Position numbers and translations under genes: made by a program | Source: Candidatus Thorarchaeota archaeon | GTDB lineage: Archaea > Asgardarchaeota > Thorarchaeia > Thorarchaeales > Thorarchaeaceae | Reading direction: 5' to 3' | Length of the DNA: 18,420 bases | Assembly (NCBI GenBank): GCA_011364905.1 | Contig: RDNZ01000050.1 | Location: forward strand, 1-18,420 | Shown: positions 14,939 through 18,420 of the stretch, in pieces | Numbering within the stretch: position 1 is the first letter of the stretch | Layout: every line of letters starts with the position of its first letter | Notes under the pieces: generated by a model | What the model saw: the letters and a program-made list of their open reading frames with translations, nothing else | Database searches by the model: none | Told to the model about the DNA's origin: nothing

Positions 14939-15048
14939 TGGTGGGGCGGGCCGGATTTGAACCAGCGACCCTCGAGTTCAAGAAGCAAGAAGCTTCAATG
15001 GTTTCTCGGTGTAAGCGAGACATCATAGCCGGGCTAGACTACCGCCCC
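14939..15048 (-). tRNA. tRNA-Val(UAC) with intron in the variable region at ~44/45 (14971-15002, 32 nt)
   Basis: GGGGCGG/CCGCCCC acceptor; intact TCTCG-CT-TAC-AC-CGAGA arm; CGAG/CTCG central helix with AAA and AGG bulges; removal restores the AGGTC variable loop; CCA. Confidence 0.88.
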
Positions 15049-15085
15049 TGAGAAAGTTGGGTCTGTTCTTTCAATAAAAAGTTGC

Positions 15086-15763
15086 TTACGTGTAAATTCC
15101 TGTGATATGAACCTCATGACGTGTTTTGTCCAAGATTATTTCCTGAATTTGTTCATAACCAAGTTGAGAGAGATAGTTTGTGAGAGAAGTCGAAGTTTCG
15201 AAACTGCTACTTGTTTTGAAGGCTGCAAGCATACGACCCCCCTTTTTGAGTAAAGGTGTAAATTTCTCGATTAGTCGTAGTGTACCCTCAGGCTCAGTTG
15301 TGACATCAATGAGAAGAAGACCAAGCTGCCCTTCACTGGCTATGATAGTCTGATCCATATTGAAAGCATCATCAAAAATCACTGAGATTTGATGATACCG
15401 TTCTACTATGGATTGCAGCTCTTCAGCAAACCTCTCAGAGACCTCAATTCCAATTGTATTAACATCTTTTTCAGCCAAGTAAGTTAGAAATCCACCAGCT
15501 GAACTGCCAATGTCAAGGGCTGTGGAGATATCACATACTAGTTTGTTCTGAATACACTCATCGAGTTCTTTTAGTTTCCAATACCCTTGAGGAACATCAT
15601 ATTCGGTAGTCAATAGTTCAATGATATCATTATCAGATACCTGTGATGATGGCTTGCATTTCTTGCCGTTTACAAGAACTAGGCCCTTCTTGATGGCTCG
15701 CTTTGCCGTTTGACGTGATGAAAAGTTCCCTTTTTCCACAAGCCAGACATCAAGTCTTGGCAT
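15086..15763 (-). CDS. TlyA-like S4 domain + FtsJ-type rRNA methyltransferase
   Basis: RLDVWLV...SRQTAKRAIKKGLVLVNG (S4 domain); ALDIGSSAGGF (SAM binding). Confidence 0.85.
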   Translation of the reverse strand: MPRLDVWLVEKGNFSSRQTAKRAIKKGLVLVNGKKCKPSSQVSDNDIIELLTTEYDVPQGYWKLKELDECIQNKLVCDISTALDIGSSAGGFLTYLAEKDVNTIGIEVSERFAEELQSIVERYHQISVIFDDAFNMDQTIIASEGQLGLLLIDVTTEPEGTLRLIEKFTPLLKKGGRMLAAFKTSSSFETSTSLTNYLSQLGYEQIQEIILDKTRHEVHITGIYT

Positions 15764-16532
15764 CTTTCATCGCCTCAAGCTCTTTTGGTATGAATAGATG
15801 CATCGGAACACCTCTGAGTTTTGGACCAATTGCCGCAAGTATCCCGGAAGCACGTGTACTTCTCTTGCATTTGAGTGAGAACTCGAACTTACCTAGCTGT
15901 TCAATCTCATAGATATCCTCTCTATGTTTCGTTTTCTTCAATGAAATCTCTATTTGTTTATAATTGGCGCCAAATATCAAAAGTCGTTCATGGTCATCAT
16001 TCATCCATTCTGTAATACGAGTCAACGTTGATTTGTTGAATTCTCCTTCGACTCTGTTATTGTACAGGTCTATACTTGTAAGGTTCACTTCGACAGGAAG
16101 ATGTTCAACAAGGACAAATGCTTCGACGATTTTTTTCAAAGGACCATGTAGAGTGAACTGATCACGCAATCGATGAAGTGGAACTAGTGCATCCAATCTC
16201 TTGGAGTCAGTGACTCCAATGTCCGAGTATATTCCATATCCTACTCTTCCAACGTCCACCAACTGGCCAGAGTATGTACGATTGGGAACTAGATCCTCCG
16301 ATTGGAGCGAGCTACCATATTCCTTGGCCAGCGCATTGGCGATGAACTCTTCATCTTCGCCACGGATTGATACAACAATGTGACTCTTACTGTCAGTATT
16401 AAGACTCACAATCTCGGCATTAAGTTCTGCGACCATCTCAGAAACCTCAAGTCGAATCGTTTCTAGTAATCGATTTCTGTATGCACCGTATGCAGTTGGG
16501 AGTAGAACAATGGTCTTCAATTTGAAACCCAA
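15750..16532 (-). CDS. DUF2110 family protein (archaeal conserved, OB-fold-like)
   Basis: GEDEEFIANALAKEYG and GQLVDVGRVGYGIYSDIG motifs; typical position next to tfe. Confidence 0.75.
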   Translation of the reverse strand: MGFKLKTIVLLPTAYGAYRNRLLETIRLEVSEMVAELNAEIVSLNTDSKSHIVVSIRGEDEEFIANALAKEYGSSLQSEDLVPNRTYSGQLVDVGRVGYGIYSDIGVTDSKRLDALVPLHRLRDQFTLHGPLKKIVEAFVLVEHLPVEVNLTSIDLYNNRVEGEFNKSTLTRITEWMNDDHERLLIFGANYKQIEISLKKTKHREDIYEIEQLGKFEFSLKCKRSTRASGILAAIGPKLRGVPMHLFIPKELEAMKDAKT

Positions 16533-16595
16533 AACTGGTGTCTATCAGTGGTGCTAAGTACCTTTTGTAAAAGGTCTAAAAAACTAGTAATTCTA

Positions 16596-17117
16596 TTATG
16601 AAGTGGCTTCCAAATCGGCTTTGAGTTCTTCAACACGTTTTCTCAAGAATGAAATAGCTTGTGCATTGTCAACAAACTCAAGTTGGCCATTACACGTAGG
16701 GCAACGAAAGGATAGATTCATTGCCTCTTCAAATGGAACAGGAGACGAATCACGATTCACACAAACGTAAAGATCATTATTGCTCTCGTGTTCCAGTCTT
16801 TGTTCAAGCAGACTGAGTACCATTCTCTTCTTTCGGTTTACAAGAGCCTGAGCTTTTTTGGGATCAATCCGCCAATAATACAGAAACCAGCCAGTGTTTG
16901 CATCTCTGATTCTTCTATATGATGCTAAATGGTTGTCATGAAGTTTGTAGAGTATCCTTCGCACAATGTTTAGTTTGAGGTCAGTTTTAGTGGCAATTTC
17001 TTCATCAGTGGTTTCCTCTGCATTGACTAGGACAGTCGATACATCTACCCCCTCTTTACCCGCAATTTCTTCAACAACGAGTCGGAAAAGGTCGTGATTG
17101 ATATTCGTATGAACCAT
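16596..17117 (-). CDS. tfe: Transcription factor E (TFIIE alpha homologue)
   Basis: TDEEIA...LNIVRRILYKL, RIRDANTGWFLYYW and FEEAMNLSFRCPTC motifs; AGGTGA SD favours ATG 17117 over GTG 17129. Confidence 0.93.
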   Translation of the reverse strand: MVHTNINHDLFRLVVEEIAGKEGVDVSTVLVNAEETTDEEIATKTDLKLNIVRRILYKLHDNHLASYRRIRDANTGWFLYYWRIDPKKAQALVNRKKRMVLSLLEQRLEHESNNDLYVCVNRDSSPVPFEEAMNLSFRCPTCNGQLEFVDNAQAISFLRKRVEELKADLEATS

Positions 17118-17229
17118 TGATGTAATCACCTAAGTGTGTAATATGGCTAGTCGACTGACCCAGATAATAGCGAAAATATCCGCTTTGGAAATTTACACCT
17201 ATAGTATTATACGTCCAAATACTATATAT

Positions 17230-17823
17230 TCACTTCGCTTCGGCATCGTCTTGACGCGCTTTTTGTGACATTTTTCTCTTCACAACTACTCTATCACCAA
17301 GAGTAGGACCAGCAACAGATCTGTCCTTACTCGTCTTAATCGGTGTCGTTCCAACTGGTTCTAAGAGAGAGATTTCGAGCTCTCGCTCAAGTCCTCGAAT
17401 GGTCTTCCCTGTTGGCTTTAAGCGACCTGCTTCAATGGATTGAAGAGTAGAGATTCTTTCTCCAATCTTTTGAGCGAGGTCTTCTTGAGAGAGCTGTTTT
17501 CTTTGTCTTGTGGTGCGGATTTTCTCTGCATAGTCTTCGATTAGCTCCATATCGTCAAGCAGAACCCCATGTTTGGGTTTGGACTGCGGAGCAGATGAAC
17601 GACTACGCTGAGCAGGCTTTTGTTTTTCAGGACTGCCAACCCAGGATGGGCGAGTTCGAGGAGCAGCCATAGGTCTAGTTTCAGAAGATATAGTCTGGCC
17701 AGCAAATTTGGAAGCACATTGAGGACAGACCAACATTGATGCACCTTCAATCGTCACATTTCTTCCGCGACCTTTCATGTTTCGGCCACATAATTCACAA
17801 CTGGGCACTGCAGATTCCCTCAA
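17230..17823 (-). CDS. mbf1: Archaeal multiprotein bridging factor 1 (aMBF1)
   Basis: CELCG...VTIEGASMLVCPQC zinc ribbon; ELIEDYAEKIR...LSQEDLAQKI HTH; TLGD motif. Confidence 0.9.
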   Translation of the reverse strand: MRESAVPSCELCGRNMKGRGRNVTIEGASMLVCPQCASKFAGQTISSETRPMAAPRTRPSWVGSPEKQKPAQRSRSSAPQSKPKHGVLLDDMELIEDYAEKIRTTRQRKQLSQEDLAQKIGERISTLQSIEAGRLKPTGKTIRGLERELEISLLEPVGTTPIKTSKDRSVAGPTLGDRVVVKRKMSQKARQDDAEAK

Positions 17824-17959
17824 GTTCCTAAGGTGTCGGAGAGAGTTGATAAAGATTGCCGACTATACATTTGCACTAATAGCAGCTAATTCGTCAATTG
17901 GCTCCCTCAAAGCAATGCTTAAAACATCTCTAGCGATTGATGTGCTGAGGTGCCATCCA

Positions 17960-18420
17960 ATGCCAGGTACTACAGATACAAAAGACGAGAGTAATATCGA
18001 TGATTCGACCTACTCACAGAGCTACACTAGGCATCTAGAACGTCGGCTTAGGGCATTGGAAACAGAGAAGCAAATTCTTCAAGCTGAACGAAGCCGGCTT
18101 GAGAAAGAAACTCAAACTTTGAGGACTGAACTTGAGAAATTAAGACAGTCTCCTTTAATTACAGCTACAGTGACTGAGATGCTTGAAGATGGAAGAGCGA
18201 TTGTCAAAAGCTCCACAGGTCCTAATTTTGTTGTTCATGTGGCATCATCAATTCCAAAAGACAAACTTCAACCCGGTGCCTTGGTAGCATTGAATCAAAG
18301 GTCATTTGCAATAACACAAGAGCTTCCTCCATCTCGTGATCCAATAATACGAGCCATGGAGATTGAAGAGGCACCGAATGTATCATATCAGGACATTGGC
18401 GGTCTCTTGGATCAACTTCG
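17960..18420 (+). CDS. pan: Proteasome-activating nucleotidase, 5' part (runs off the window; not in the ORF track)
   Basis: Own translation: MPGTTDTKD...coiled coil...LEKLRQSPLITATV...RAIVKSSTGPNFVV...PGALVALNQRSFAI...RAMEIEEAPNVSYQDIGGL; GAGGTG SD at 17947-17952. Confidence 0.93.
   Translation, partial: MPGTTDTKDESNIDDSTYSQSYTRHLERRLRALETEKQILQAERSRLEKETQTLRTELEKLRQSPLITATVTEMLEDGRAIVKSSTGPNFVVHVASSIPKDKLQPGALVALNQRSFAITQELPPSRDPIIRAMEIEEAPNVSYQDIGGLLDQL

Noticed and set aside
14762-15028. 88-aa plus-strand ORF
   Set aside because: Antisense to the tRNA-Leu and tRNA-Val genes
16690-16770. TFE zinc ribbon with Asp replacing the second Cys (CVNRD...CPTC)
   Set aside because: Asp substitution at this site is already known in archaeal TFE; not novel

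Overview
Archaeal chromosomal window. Gene content and style suggest an Asgard archaeon, possibly Thorarchaeota-like; this is an inference. Most of it is housekeeping: mtnA, a hydrogenase maturation protease, a tRNA splicing endonuclease subunit, a truncated PINA-type ATPase, rpiA, pgk, gatDE, a GDT1/UPF0016 transporter, a TlyA-like methyltransferase, DUF2110, tfe, aMBF1 and the 5' end of pan. Six complete CCA-encoding tRNA genes carry seven BHB-type introns, four at non-canonical positions. The most unusual locus is 6570-8465. A second copy of the tRNA-Thr(UGU) 5' exon, with its own promoter, lies 1.75 kb upstream of the intact gene. Its trailer can pair with the downstream intron and rebuild the same bulge-helix-bulge. 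The enclosed DNA encodes a protein with five HTH repeats and two HNH-like zinc domains. This is a candidate ~1.8-kb endonuclease-encoding tRNA intron, a split-tRNA half, or a tRNA-targeting homing cassette. Also notable are a membrane-anchored Pro/Gly-rich protein with a VASP/WH2-like C-terminal helix and two small paralogous genes with an identical, identically spaced upstream 12-mer.
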